64,000 nt of DNA from Pirellulales bacterium (GTDB lineage: Bacteria; Planctomycetota; Planctomycetia; Pirellulales; Thermoguttaceae), in NCBI GenBank assembly GCA_016928165.1, contig JAFGLH010000185.1, positions 5,759-69,758 of the forward strand. The letters run 5' to 3'. Position 1 is the stretch's first letter, and each line of letters starts with the position of its first letter. A model generated the notes under the pieces. That model saw only the letters and a list, made by a program, of their open reading frames with translations. It was not told the origin of the DNA and ran no database searches. Below, one piece after another: positions 27,187 through 38,876 of the stretch. The translations under genes and the position numbers were made by a program.

Positions 27187-28488
27187 TCAGCCGATTCGCG
27201 CGCCGCGAAGCCAACGTCCAATCACCGGCAAATCCGAGTGAAACAACAATTCGTGCGGGTCGGACGCCTCGCGGTCGGGCAAGGCCACCACCGTCAGATC
27301 GGCCCGCTTCTCGGCGGACAACGAGCCGATTTCATCCTCGCGGCCCAGCGCGCGAGCGCCGCATAGAGTGCCCATCCGAAGAACCTGATCCAGGCCCACG
27401 CCCCGATGACGCCGCGCGACGAACCGCATCTCTTCCAGCAAACTTATATCCGGCGAGGAACCGCGGCCGTCGGTCCCGAGCGCTACCGTTGCCCCGGCCG
27501 ATAGCATTTTGTGCAGCGGATACTCGGCGTGGGCGAACCAATCGTGGCTTCGGGGGCAATAGACTACGCTCATCCGCGAGGCGCTTTCGCCTAAAAAATC
27601 GATCTCTTCGTCGTCCAAATAATTGCCGTGGACCACCAACGCGCGATCGGCATCGGCCAGACGGAGCAGATAATCCATCGGCCGGGGAAGATGGTCGGCG
27701 AGCACCCCGCCCGGCCCGCCGTAACCGAGTCCCTCTAGAAACGGCTTTAGCGGACCGCCGCCGTTGCCTAGGAATTCCATTTCCTCCGGCGACTCGGCCA
27801 GGTGCATGGCAACTGGAAAGCATTCGGCGGCCGAGAGCCCGACGACCGCTTCGAGCAACTCCGGATGGACCGTATACGGGGCATGGGGACAGAGTCCGGC
27901 GTTTCCGCGCGCGACATGCGTCCGCGCTTGCTCGATCGCCTCGCCCGTCCGATCAGCGGTCAGTGCCTTCAACTCCAGAAAGCGAACCACTTCCGGTCCG
28001 TTTTGGGTGCCACTGCTGGCTTGTCCAGCAGTGGACCACAGTGGATTATTCTCTGCACTGCTGGACAAGCCAGCAGTGGCACACGGCGACGCATTACCCA
28101 GCGTTTGATCGGGCTGGACAATGTCGCCGATCGTGCTGACGCCGCCGCAGATACACTCCTCGATCCCCTTGGAGATGACATCTTCGCGAGCTATCGACGC
28201 CTGCCGACGGTGCTCGAACACGAACCGGATCCAATCGACCAGGCCGATGCCGCGACGGCCCAACGGGGCGTCAAGCCCGCTGAAATCCAAATGGGCATGG
28301 GCGTTAATCAGTCCGGGCAAAATAGCCGCGTTGCCCAGGTCGATCATCTCTTCCGCTTCGGGCCGCGCCGCGGCACTGAGACCGACCGACGCTATCCGGT
28401 CTCCTTCGACGACGACCGCGCCGTCGGCAATCGGCGATCCTATCGCCGGAAAGACGCAACGAGCTTTCAGAACGAATCGGCGGGGCAT
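27187..28488 (-). CDS. metal-dependent amidohydrolase (possible aminodeoxyfutalosine/nucleoside deaminase)
   Basis: LPGLINAHAHLDFSG has the HxH metal motif, with HLAES and HGNYL further along. It is the last gene of the mqn-containing minus-strand string. It carries an in-frame palindromic insert at 28007-28082. Confidence 0.8.
   Translation of the reverse strand: MPRRFVLKARCVFPAIGSPIADGAVVVEGDRIASVGLSAAARPEAEEMIDLGNAAILPGLINAHAHLDFSGLDAPLGRRGIGLVDWIRFVFEHRRQASIAREDVISKGIEECICGGVSTIGDIVQPDQTLGNASPCATAGLSSSAENNPLWSTAGQASSGTQNGPEVVRFLELKALTADRTGEAIEQARTHVARGNAGLCPHAPYTVHPELLEAVVGLSAAECFPVAMHLAESPEEMEFLGNGGGPLKPFLEGLGYGGPGGVLADHLPRPMDYLLRLADADRALVVHGNYLDDEEIDFLGESASRMSVVYCPRSHDWFAHAEYPLHKMLSAGATVALGTDGRGSSPDISLLEEMRFVARRHRGVGLDQVLRMGTLCGARALGREDEIGSLSAEKRADLTVVALPDREASDPHELLFHSDLPVIGRWLRGARIG
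28007..28082. repeat. perfect 27-bp inverted repeat separated by 22 nt, inside the amidohydrolase CDS
   Basis: The left arm gtgccactgctggcttgtccagcagtg (28007-28033) is the exact reverse complement of the right arm cactgctggacaagccagcagtggcac (28056-28082). Translated in frame as ATAGLSSSAENNPLWSTAGQASSGT. Confidence 0.9.
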
Positions 28489-30676
28489 AGTATCCTATTT
28501 TCAAGCCCCTCTTCGGGCGGCCGTACGCAAACGCAAGGATGCCTGGCGAACAAGATCAGCAGCAATGCGCCGATAATCGCGCAGCCGAGCACCACCGGCC
28601 ACGTGAACAGACAGCCGGCCTGTTCTCCGGGGACTGCAAAAGAATTCAATATCGGCCATTGCTCGAATAACTGCGGCGTCAACCGGCCGTTGGCCAGCGC
28701 CAGCGTGTTGTGCATCGCGTGGAAAACCATGCACGGCAGGATGCTGCCAGTCTGGACCGCCAGGTAGCCGATTACCAGCCCGTTGAAAAAAGCCAGCATG
28801 GATTGTTGCAGAAAGCCGTGAGCGACGGCGAACAACAGCGCGCTATAGATGATCGCCCGCCATTTGCCCTTGAAATGCCGGAAGCCCGAGAGTATGAATC
28901 CCCGGCAGGCAAGCTCCTCGCAGACCGCGGGCGCCAGCGCGATCAAGATCACCAGCGGCCAGAAATGCGACCTGTTTATCAATTCTTGGATGTTTTTCAG
29001 CGAGGGCAGCAGGCTTTCGCTTACCGGGTAAACGTATTCGACCAAAGCACCCAGCAAGACAATCAACGGATGCATCACAACGGCCAACAGCGCAGCCGCC
29101 GGGACGGTGAACCACGCGGGCAGTTTCAGCAACAGCGTTTCGCGCGGGCTGGTGGTGAACAGCAAGGTCAGCAACAGCGTCGGCAAGAGAAATACCGCTA
29201 GCTGAGGCGTCAACACCGAACGGACAAGGCCGGCGAAATTATCCGGTTCTCCGCCTAACGTGGCGAGAAAGAAACTGAGCAACAGAATCAACATGCAGGC
29301 GAAGACGGTCATCGCCACGTTGGGCGTCGGACGGCGATCGCTGAACAATCGTTGCAGCCAAATCCACAGGTCGAAACGTTCGCTCTCGCGGAACAGGACC
29401 GACTCGCGGTTGAACTGTTCGACGGCCCAACGGATCGCCAACATGCAGACGGCCAACGTCACGGCGGCCACGACCGGCGCGAATTGCAGCACGCTCAGGT
29501 AATCGCCCAACAAGGTGTTCCGCAAAACAAGCGACATGCCCGTCACTGGGATCAGGCTGGTCCCCAGGTTCAGTTCCACCCCCGGCGACATCGGCAGGAT
29601 TACCAGAGGCAAGGTCAGCAGCAGCAGCGGCATCAGGTAGTATTGTCCTTCCCGGGTGCTGCGCGCCAGTGCGGCCAACGCCAGACACAATGCGCTAAAC
29701 AGCGCGGCCATCGGCAGCAAGGCTATCGCCAAGACGGCCAGCGCCGCGGGCGAGGGCAGACCAAATCCGGTCAGGCCGGAGAGCACGACCCAGCCGGTCG
29801 CGCCAACGCTGAGCAGGTTCAACACGGCCGTGGCGATGCTGAAGATCATGATCGTCAGCAGTTTTCCCAGCACGATCTCGCCGCGCCCGGCCGGGCTGCT
29901 CAGCAGCGTCTCCAGCGTGCCGCGTTCCTTCTCGCCGGCGCAAAGGTCCACGGCCGGATAGAACGCCCCGGTCATCGCCCAGAGCAGCATCAAGACGGGC
30001 AGGATGCCGGCCCAACGCGAGCCGAGGCGGTTCGTCTTGCCGCCCACGTCGATTTTTTTGACGGCGAACGGGTGCGGCGCTCTGACCGACATGCCCGCTG
30101 CTTTGAGGTTTTCCTCGCCAATTTTGTCTGTCCAACGCTGCAACACAGAGTCCAACGCCTGGGACGCGAGCACGGATTTCTCGTTCGTCTCGATGTAGAA
30201 TAATTCCGGCTGCGGCACCTCGGGCGAAGACGCCCTGCCGGCCGGCCTCGGACCGACGCGAGAGGTCAGCGAAGCTCGGAATGCCTCGAGCCGGGCGGAA
30301 AAATCAGCGGGAAAGTAGAGCGCAGCCTCGTATTCGCCCGCAAGCACCAACTCTCGGGCGCGGTCCCAACGCTCGGATTCCGCCGTCTCGGTCGAGGGGA
30401 AGTGCAACTCCAGCATCTTTGCCGAGCCGGAGGAGGCGAATAACAACGTCGAGAAGCGGCCTTCTTCTATCAGCGGCGGCGAGACCTCCAACCGCTCGGC
30501 GCCGACGACCAGCACCCGCGCCGGACGAACATGCATGAACTGCGATAGCTGATACATGCTTATCCCCAGGAGCGGATAAAGCAGGATCGGCAACACGGCG
30601 ATCACGAACAGCGTCCGCCGGTCGCGCAATTGGTCGCGGACCTCGCGTGCAAGGATCAGCTTGACGATAGCCGGCT

Positions 30677-30686
<10 letters not shown>
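28467..30686 (-). CDS. ABC-2 type permease fused to a CPBP (CAAX-type) intramembrane protease domain
   Basis: The N-terminal part is a NatB-like ABC-2 permease (large extracytoplasmic loop, then multiple TM helices). The C-terminal part has CPBP motifs [14 protein letters not shown] and HAMHN. Confidence 0.8.
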
Positions 30687-31444
<758 letters not shown>

Positions 31445-31490
31445 GCTGCTTCGCAGGACGGGTTGGCAATCTGTCCTGCATCCCCTTCCC

Positions 31491-32585
31491 CTATTCTGCT
31501 TGGGATGGGCGTCGGGCGTCAAGTAATTGGTAAAAAACGTCCCTTTTTCGAGCCGAATAACCGGCATCTTCGATAGCACCGCGAATTTGCGATTCGGTTG
31601 CCCGATGGCTTGTTCCGGCCGCCGCCACCACGTTCTCCTCTATCATCGCGCTGCCGAAGTCGTTAGCCCCGAACCGCAGGGCCAGTTGCCCAACGGCCAA
31701 ACCCTGCGTGACCCAACTCGCTTGAAGGTTGGCGAAATTGTCGAGATAAAGCCGTGCGACCGCCAAGGTCCGCAGGTAATCGAACGCGCCGGATTTTGGT
31801 AGCTGTGTTAGGGCGGTATTTTGCGGCTGGAACGTCCAACAGATAAAGGCCGTAAAACCGCCGGTTTCGTCCTGCAAGCCGCGCAACCGGCGCAGGTGTT
31901 CGATCCGTTCGGCCGGCGTTTCGACGTGCCCGAACATCATCGTGGCCGAGCCTCGGCCGCCCATTGCGTGCCATAGGCGACAGACTTCCAGCCAGCGGTC
32001 GGCCGATGTTTTTCGGGGGCTGATCGCTTTTCGGACGCGATCGACGAGAATTTCCGCCCCGCCGCCCGGGAGGGAGCCCAACCCGGCCGCCCGCAGCCGA
32101 TCCAAGACCTCGCGGATCGACAGCCCGGAAACCGAGGCGATATGGTCGATCTCCGGCGGACTGAAGCCGTGAATGTTGATCGAGGGAAACGATTGTTTCA
32201 GGTCGCGGAGGAGGTTTTCGTACCACTCGATTTTCAGTTCCGGGTGCATCCCGCCTTGGAGCAAAATTTGGTCGCCGCCCATCGCAACCGTTTCTTCAAT
32301 TTTTTTGTGCAACTCATCGCGTGAGAGGACGTAGGCGTCGGCCGCTCCGAGGGAACGCGAAAAGGCACAGAAGCGGCAGCCGCTCGTGCAGACGTTGGTG
32401 TAGTTAATGTTGCGATCGACGTTGTAGGTGCGATACGGCTCGGGGTGCAGGCGTCGGGTGACGGCGTCGGCCGCGCGGCCCAGGGCCGCCAACTCGTGCG
32501 ATTCCAGCAGCGCCAGGGCCTCCGCATCCGAGAGCCGTCTGCCGGAAATCGCCTTTTCGAGGATCGCGCGGTTTGCATGTTTCAT
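31491..32585 (-). CDS. mqnC: radical SAM enzyme of the futalosine pathway, best fit cyclic dehypoxanthinyl futalosine synthase
   Basis: The [10 protein letters not shown] radical SAM cluster motif, [25 protein letters not shown] and [13 protein letters not shown] together match my recollection of the MqnC pattern rather than MqnE. Confidence 0.75.
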   Translation of the reverse strand: MKHANRAILEKAISGRRLSDAEALALLESHELAALGRAADAVTRRLHPEPYRTYNVDRNINYTNVCTSGCRFCAFSRSLGAADAYVLSRDELHKKIEETVAMGGDQILLQGGMHPELKIEWYENLLRDLKQSFPSINIHGFSPPEIDHIASVSGLSIREVLDRLRAAGLGSLPGGGAEILVDRVRKAISPRKTSADRWLEVCRLWHAMGGRGSATMMFGHVETPAERIEHLRRLRGLQDETGGFTAFICWTFQPQNTALTQLPKSGAFDYLRTLAVARLYLDNFANLQASWVTQGLAVGQLALRFGANDFGSAMIEENVVAAAGTSHRATESQIRGAIEDAGYSARKRDVFYQLLDARRPSQAE

Positions 32586-32595
32586 GGAGCGTCAG

Positions 32596-33423
32596 TCAAA
32601 TAACGTCGTTGTAAAACAACAACTCCACGTCCGAGGGCGCCAACCCGTTGCGACCGGCCAGTTCGTAGTAACGCTTCAATCCCTCCCGTTGGCGCGGACC
32701 GAAGTGGAACTTCAAATTGTCGCGGAGATAGCAGAGGCAATCCTCTCGGCCAAGTCCGACCTTCGGCGCTTCGCGCTCGGCGATTTCTTCCAACAAAGAG
32801 ATTCCTTCGTCTCGTGCTTGGGCCAGTCGGGCGGCGACGCCTGGCAACTCGACGCCCGGCGGGGCAATCCATAGCGCGAAGACGAACGGCAAGCCCGTCC
32901 AACGCGTCCACTCCTCGCCAAGGTCCCAAACGAAATGAAAGTCGCCCTCGGCCATGGCGATGCCACGGTCGCCGATCATCAACGACGCATCGGCGGACGA
33001 ATCTTCCAGGCGCGCTCCGATCGGCAACGGTTCGGTCTTGGGCGTCACGCCGTATCGCTCCCTCAGGAGAATGAGGCTCAGCGCGGCGCTGGTCCGCGAG
33101 CCTTCGTCCAGGGCAAGGGTGCGGACCCGCTCCACGGGCGTCCGCCCGAACAATTTCACGCTGCGGACCGGTCCGTCGCAGGCAATGCAAGCGTCGGAGA
33201 CAATCGCGTAGCCGGGCCGGCGAGCGTATTCGATCGAGGGGATCATAGCCATGTCCAACCGCCCGGCGGCCAAGGCATCGGCCAGCCGGCTGGGGTGGTC
33301 GAAAACGATTTCCAGCGTTGGATCGAGCCTGCCGAGCGTCTCGACAAGCGGCCGGGCATTGAGGTACGTCACCGCCCCGACGCGGACGGTGTTGCGTTTC
33401 GATGATGATTGACGCAGATTCAT
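32596..33423 (-). CDS. mqnA: chorismate dehydratase (futalosine pathway, MqnA type)
   Basis: VRVGAVTYLNARPL...LDMAMIPSIEYA...ILSDACIACDGPVRSV-type periplasmic-binding-like fold of the VitK2 biosynthesis family. It lacks the CPNDT motif of MqnD. Start at ATG 33423. Confidence 0.75.
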   Translation of the reverse strand: MNLRQSSSKRNTVRVGAVTYLNARPLVETLGRLDPTLEIVFDHPSRLADALAAGRLDMAMIPSIEYARRPGYAIVSDACIACDGPVRSVKLFGRTPVERVRTLALDEGSRTSAALSLILLRERYGVTPKTEPLPIGARLEDSSADASLMIGDRGIAMAEGDFHFVWDLGEEWTRWTGLPFVFALWIAPPGVELPGVAARLAQARDEGISLLEEIAEREAPKVGLGREDCLCYLRDNLKFHFGPRQREGLKRYYELAGRNGLAPSDVELLFYNDVI

Positions 33424-33495
33424 TTTCCAGTACGACAGAGAAATAATCATTATATTTGTTATTTTCGCGAATGAATAGCGGGCAAGTTCGTTTCG

Positions 33496-33550
33496 CGGCC
33501 GTCGGCACGACTGCCATTACATTGCGCAAGCCGCCGTGCCGACGGCCGCT
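33496..33550. repeat. long hairpin built from two inverted GCCGTCGGCACG units
   Basis: Sequence gcggccgtcggcacg...cgtgccgacggccgc. The same unit occurs at 16067-16087 and 51769-51790. It lies in the divergent region between mqnA and the AAA+ gene. Confidence 0.7.
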
Positions 33551-33677
33551 AAACAAAAGGATTATTCCGCCTGACGTCCCGTTCAATGTTACAATCCTTG
33601 CCTTCCGCAGGACACCAACCCCGACCCCCTTTCGCATAAGCTACACTTGAAACGTCCCATAAACCTTTCAATTCACC

Positions 33678-35045
<1,368 letters not shown>

Positions 35046-35098
35046 AGTGCTTGCATCAGATTGACGTTTTACAGGCGGATGGATGCAATTCACCTGAT

Positions 35099-35269
35099 AT
35101 GAGCGTGAAGAGCGATCCCACCGTAGAAGAAGTCCGGCGTCACCGCATGGAGCACACGCGCAAGTTCGGCGGCGACCTGAAGCTGATCTGCGCCGACTTG
35201 CGTCGCACTCAGCGCGAGTCCGACTGTAAGGTAGTCCACCGACCGCCGAAACTGCTTGGGCCTAAATAG
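35099..35269 (+). CDS. small hypothetical protein (56 aa)
   Basis: Only an open frame in a low-GC islet (MSVKSDPTVEEVRRHRMEHTRKFGGDLKLICADL...). No recognised motif. Confidence 0.3.
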   Translation: MSVKSDPTVEEVRRHRMEHTRKFGGDLKLICADLRRTQRESDCKVVHRPPKLLGPK

Positions 35270-35313
35270 GAAAACAACGGCCAGGCACAGCGGGCACCGC
35301 AGCATGTTTTTCC

Positions 35314-35697
35314 TTGAAATTCCGAGCAATTCGCGAAAAGGAGATGCGTATGGGCGCGATACGCCAGTTCTACCCGATAGTCGGCGAAAATGTCATCTCA
35401 GTTCACTCGAAATGGAACCTGGCGTCTTTTTATGCTTTTGGAGAGGTAATCCACGAACTTCGAGTCAACGGTGAGCTTGAGGATTCCCATAGCAGCGGAT
35501 CGATCAAGAAGGCGGGCGCGACGTATGCAATACTTGAAATAGAGGGCAAGAAAACTACGATTCGGGTCGATGTCATGTCCCGGATCATCGGGTATAAGTA
35601 TAAGCTGGACTTTTGCAAATTTGTCCCCTCTCCCTTTGGGAGAGAGGTCGGGGGTGAGGGCATGGGAAAATCGCGCAAGCAAGCCAAGGCGTTTTAA
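35314..35697 (+). CDS. hypothetical protein; the 3 prime end runs into a PLP repeat
   Basis: Open frame in low-GC DNA. The last roughly 25 codons (FVPSPFGREVGGEGMG) are repeat-derived, so the true end is doubtful. Confidence 0.3.
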   Translation: MKFRAIREKEMRMGAIRQFYPIVGENVISVHSKWNLASFYAFGEVIHELRVNGELEDSHSSGSIKKAGATYAILEIEGKKTTIRVDVMSRIIGYKYKLDFCKFVPSPFGREVGGEGMGKSRKQAKAF

Positions 35698-35770
35698 GAC
35701 CGCAAGCCCTCACCCTAGCCCTCTCCCGGAGGGAGAGGGGACTTTCGTTTTCGAATTTGCAAAAGTTCAG
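35610..35770. repeat. composite MITE-like palindrome: two inverted PLP elements with short terminal inverted repeats
   Basis: PLP copies at 35623-35661 and 35706-35751. The outer arms cttttgcaaatt and aatttgcaaaag are reverse complements. Same architecture as 1462-1632 but with different arm sequences. Confidence 0.65.
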
Positions 35771-35793
35771 TTCTTAACCTTAGTTCGCACCTT

Positions 35794-36079
35794 TCAGTAC
35801 CCCGGGCGCCGCCGGCCGTGGGCAACGGCAATGACCTGAATGGTCGTTGAAACAACACGGTGCACGATCAAATACGGAAAGCGGCGCATCAAATAACGGC
35901 GTGTTCCGTGTATGTAAGAGGGATAAAGTTCTGGTGTGGAGCGGATGCTTTCTATCCCCGCATCGAGTTCCGCGAGAAAGGCCTCAGCGGCATCCGATGC
36001 TTCTTGCTTCGTACCATTCTCGGGCCGAACGCGCCTCCGCAACCGCCTCGGGGTGAAGCTCGACGGCTAATAGTTTCAT
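35794..36079 (-). pseudogene. ParE/RelE-family toxin gene interrupted by a frameshift
   Basis: From ATG 36079 my translation gives MKLLAVELHPEAVAEARSAREWYEARSIGCR-stop, a typical ParE N-terminus. The rest of the family-typical sequence (AAEAFLAELDAGIESIRSTPELYP...RFPYLIVHRV...IAVAHGRRRPGY) continues in another frame, as track ORF 35794..36042. One extra base near 35990 explains the break. Confidence 0.65.
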
Positions 36080-36306
36080 TCTACTCGACCGCCTATCGCT
36101 TGGCGCGCCTCATCCTATGGAATTGTCTGGGCCGCTCCGCTGTCCAGATCGGCAAGTCGCCGACGGACTTCCTCAGCCCAGGCGGTTTGTGCGTTGGAGT
36201 CAAACGGTTTATCGAGGCTCTCGATAAGCGAAGCGGCGAGATCGGCGCGATCCCTCTCGGGCAAGCTAAGAGCCGTGTTGAGTAGTTCTTGGATTGTAAT
36301 GTTCAT
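36076..36306 (-). pseudogene. addiction-module antitoxin (TIGR02574-like) truncated by an in-frame TAG
   Basis: Track ORF 36115..36306 ends ...SGAAQTIP-TAG. Reading through gives DEARQAIGGRVE-TGA, and that TGA overlaps the toxin ATG as ATGA (36076-36079). The family consensus has Trp where the TAG sits, implying a TGG to TAG change. Confidence 0.55.
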
Positions 36307-36355
36307 AACCGTATTTTACCAGCGTGATTTGGCTTTGGCAATGTCCGCGAAAATG

Positions 36356-37519
36356 TCACCCCACGATTCGCTTCCAGCGGTCGAGGTTCCACTGATTCTT
36401 CTCGGCCTGGGTCATCTTGCTGAAGTCAGGCGTCTCGGCCGGTTGCACGGGAGCACGACGCGAGGGGAGAGGCTTGCGCGTCGATGAGGTCCGGCCGGCG
36501 TAGCTGGCGGCCGTTTCGGTCCGCTGGAGGTCGTCGGCCAGCGAGCGGCGCGGTCGGATGCCCAACCGCTGCAACGCGCCATGATACGACTTTACCGCCT
36601 CGGCCGGCTCGATTTGGTCGTCGGCCACGGAGCGGAGGTGTTCGATGAAGCTCAATTGGTGCTCGGCGTTGTTGATCTTGCGTCCGTAGAGCGCCACCCG
36701 TGCGCCGTATTTCTTCGCCTCCCAGAGCATGTGGAAGGCGTCGAAAGTGGTCCCGGCCGAGCCGCCTAAAATGCCCACGACCAGCGAGCGGTCGTATCGG
36801 GCCAGGGCCTCCATCGCCGCCGGGCCGTGGTAGACGATCTTCAGAAACAGCGGCCGGCCGCGGCTGGTCACGCCCGCCAAGGCGCGGACGATGTGGTCGG
36901 CCACGAAGCGGCCCACGTCGGCCGGCGGATTCGCTGGCGCGTTCGGATCGAATACCTCGAGGAAATGCCGAAAACCCTTCCGTTCGGCCTCGATGCGAAA
37001 CGCCTTGTAGGCCTCCAGCGTGCGATGGTCCGCTTCCGCGTCGTTGTTGAAGGTGACTGAATACAGTCCCAGGTCGGCCCCCAAGCGGCGTTCCTCCGGC
37101 GCACATTCCGCCTTGCCGCATTGAATGTGGTCGATCGTGGCCGTGCGAAAGGGGCGCGACGGCTGCCGGGGGTATTCGCCGCCGACGCCGGCCAGCCAAA
37201 TGTCGGTGGCGTCGTTGGCGCGGACCGCCGGTGTTACGGGGCTGTCGTCGAAGAGCCGTTCTCGAATCGCAATCGCCTCGTTCGTGCTGGCGCTGGTCAA
37301 CATGACGTCGACCAATCCCTGTCGGACGATCTCGCGGATCAGTTGGCGATATTCGTCGAGGGTGCGAAAGCGGGCTTCGTCGGCATAGTGTTCGGGACTG
37401 CGACCGGGAGCGGCCAGTCCGAACGCCATGTCCGCGTCCTTGGCGTCGGCCAGGATGAAGTCGCGGCAGGCCGCGTCGGCCGCGATGCGGGCGAGTTTCT
37501 TATCGAGCGTCTTTTCCAT
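36356..37519 (-). CDS. conserved hypothetical protein (about 388 aa)
   Basis: Long open frame with coding-like composition. The start is set at ATG 37519 (MEKTLDKKLARI), and the upstream extension looks non-coding. No motif I can name with confidence. Confidence 0.55.
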   Translation of the reverse strand: MEKTLDKKLARIAADAACRDFILADAKDADMAFGLAAPGRSPEHYADEARFRTLDEYRQLIREIVRQGLVDVMLTSASTNEAIAIRERLFDDSPVTPAVRANDATDIWLAGVGGEYPRQPSRPFRTATIDHIQCGKAECAPEERRLGADLGLYSVTFNNDAEADHRTLEAYKAFRIEAERKGFRHFLEVFDPNAPANPPADVGRFVADHIVRALAGVTSRGRPLFLKIVYHGPAAMEALARYDRSLVVGILGGSAGTTFDAFHMLWEAKKYGARVALYGRKINNAEHQLSFIEHLRSVADDQIEPAEAVKSYHGALQRLGIRPRRSLADDLQRTETAASYAGRTSSTRKPLPSRRAPVQPAETPDFSKMTQAEKNQWNLDRWKRIVG

Positions 37520-38753
37520 CCGTCGGTTGTTTTTCGGTTTCTTGCCCCGCATGAAGAACGTCATTATACACGACGGCCACGCCCTCGGCCATCGCGCGGT
37601 CGGAAAACAATCGCGCCTGCCGCTCGAACGCGCTGAGTCGCATTGCCGCCCAATCGTACTCGCCGTCGACGAATGCGGCGACCGTCCGGGCAAGCTCGTC
37701 CGCGTCGGCCGGATCGACCAACACGCCGTCCAGTCCGTGGCGGATAGCCTCGGGCACGCCGGGCACGCGCGAGGCGATCACCGGCACGCCCGCCGCCATC
37801 GCTTCGAGCACTACCATCGGCAGCCCCTCGCCGAAAAGGCTGGGCAAGACGAGCAGGTCCATCTTCTTTAATTCGGCCGTTACGTCGCGCGAGAAACCGG
37901 TCCAGACGACCTGATCGGCCAGCTCGCGCCGATGCAGCCGATCGGCGATTTCATCGGCGTAGCCGGCCGACTCAAACGCTCCCACCGCAAGGAGCCGCAC
38001 GGGGATGCCCTCGCCGCGCAGACGGGCCATCGCCTCGATGAGGATTTCCAGACCCTTGCGAGGCCGAAACAGACCCACCACGCCCAAAGTCCAATTTCCG
38101 CTCGGCGTTTTGCGGAACGGAATCGACGCCAATGAAGGAACGCCGTTGGGAACGACGACGATTTTTGCCCGATCGAACCCTTCGCTTGCGATGTGATCGG
38201 CCATGGCCTTCGATACTGCTATTACCCGTGAAACGCGCCCCAAAAACATCCGTTCGGCGGCGGCGTTCAGCCGCGTCTTCCAACGGCTGGTGGAATCGTT
38301 CGAGGTGGGGCTGTGGGCGTGATACACCAACGGGACGCCGGTCATGGCCGCGGCAACGCCGCCGACCAAAAGCGAGCGGACCGTGTGCGCGTGCAGAATG
38401 CGGTATCTACCCTCGCGGACAATCCTCGCCACGCGCCGCGCCACGCGCGGATCGAACCGGCTCCGCATCGGCACGTCGAACAGCGGCGCCTCGCGGGTCT
38501 GTCGCAGAGCATAAAACTTGTCGAGTTTCAGGCAGGCGAATCCGACCGCGTAGCCGAACTCGGGCAGGCGTTTAGCCAGCAGGTCTTGAACCCTCTCCGC
38601 CCCGGCATAGTGTTCTCCGTTGATGAGATGCAAGACGCGAAGCGTTTTGACCGGCGCCGCTGTCGGCGGCACGGCCGGAGCAATCGCCGGAGGCAGCGCC
38701 AACGGCGGCAGTGCGGAATGCTGTAAATGATGAAAGTTATCGGTCGAGGTCAT
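37500..38753 (-). CDS. family 4 (GT-B) glycosyltransferase
   Basis: LRVLHLINGEHYAGAERV, the C-terminal EGLPMVVLEAMAAGVPVIAS motif, and typical length. Start set at ATG 38753; the 14 codons upstream are simple repeat. Confidence 0.85.
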   Translation of the reverse strand: MTSTDNFHHLQHSALPPLALPPAIAPAVPPTAAPVKTLRVLHLINGEHYAGAERVQDLLAKRLPEFGYAVGFACLKLDKFYALRQTREAPLFDVPMRSRFDPRVARRVARIVREGRYRILHAHTVRSLLVGGVAAAMTGVPLVYHAHSPTSNDSTSRWKTRLNAAAERMFLGRVSRVIAVSKAMADHIASEGFDRAKIVVVPNGVPSLASIPFRKTPSGNWTLGVVGLFRPRKGLEILIEAMARLRGEGIPVRLLAVGAFESAGYADEIADRLHRRELADQVVWTGFSRDVTAELKKMDLLVLPSLFGEGLPMVVLEAMAAGVPVIASRVPGVPEAIRHGLDGVLVDPADADELARTVAAFVDGEYDWAAMRLSAFERQARLFSDRAMAEGVAVVYNDVLHAGQETEKQPTDGKDAR

Positions 38754-38876
38754 GTTTGAGGAGTCGGGGGCCAGAGGTCGGGGACCAAGGGGCAAAGGTC
38801 GCGTGCAGCTTGCGGTTTCGCAGCAAAGGTTTCATTTCGCACTCCGACCCCTGCCGCCTAATCCCTGGCCCCTACT

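Noticed and set aside
25742-27214. A 490-aa minus-strand ORF opposite the ROK-Mth938 gene
   Set aside because: It is antisense to a gene with clear ROK and Mth938 motifs, and its own translation is low-complexity Ala/Gly/Arg.
32582-33637. A 351-aa minus-strand ORF overlapping mqnA in another frame
   Set aside because: The mqnA frame (32596..33423) has family-typical motifs. This alternative frame is Arg/Gly/Pro-rich with no recognisable domain.
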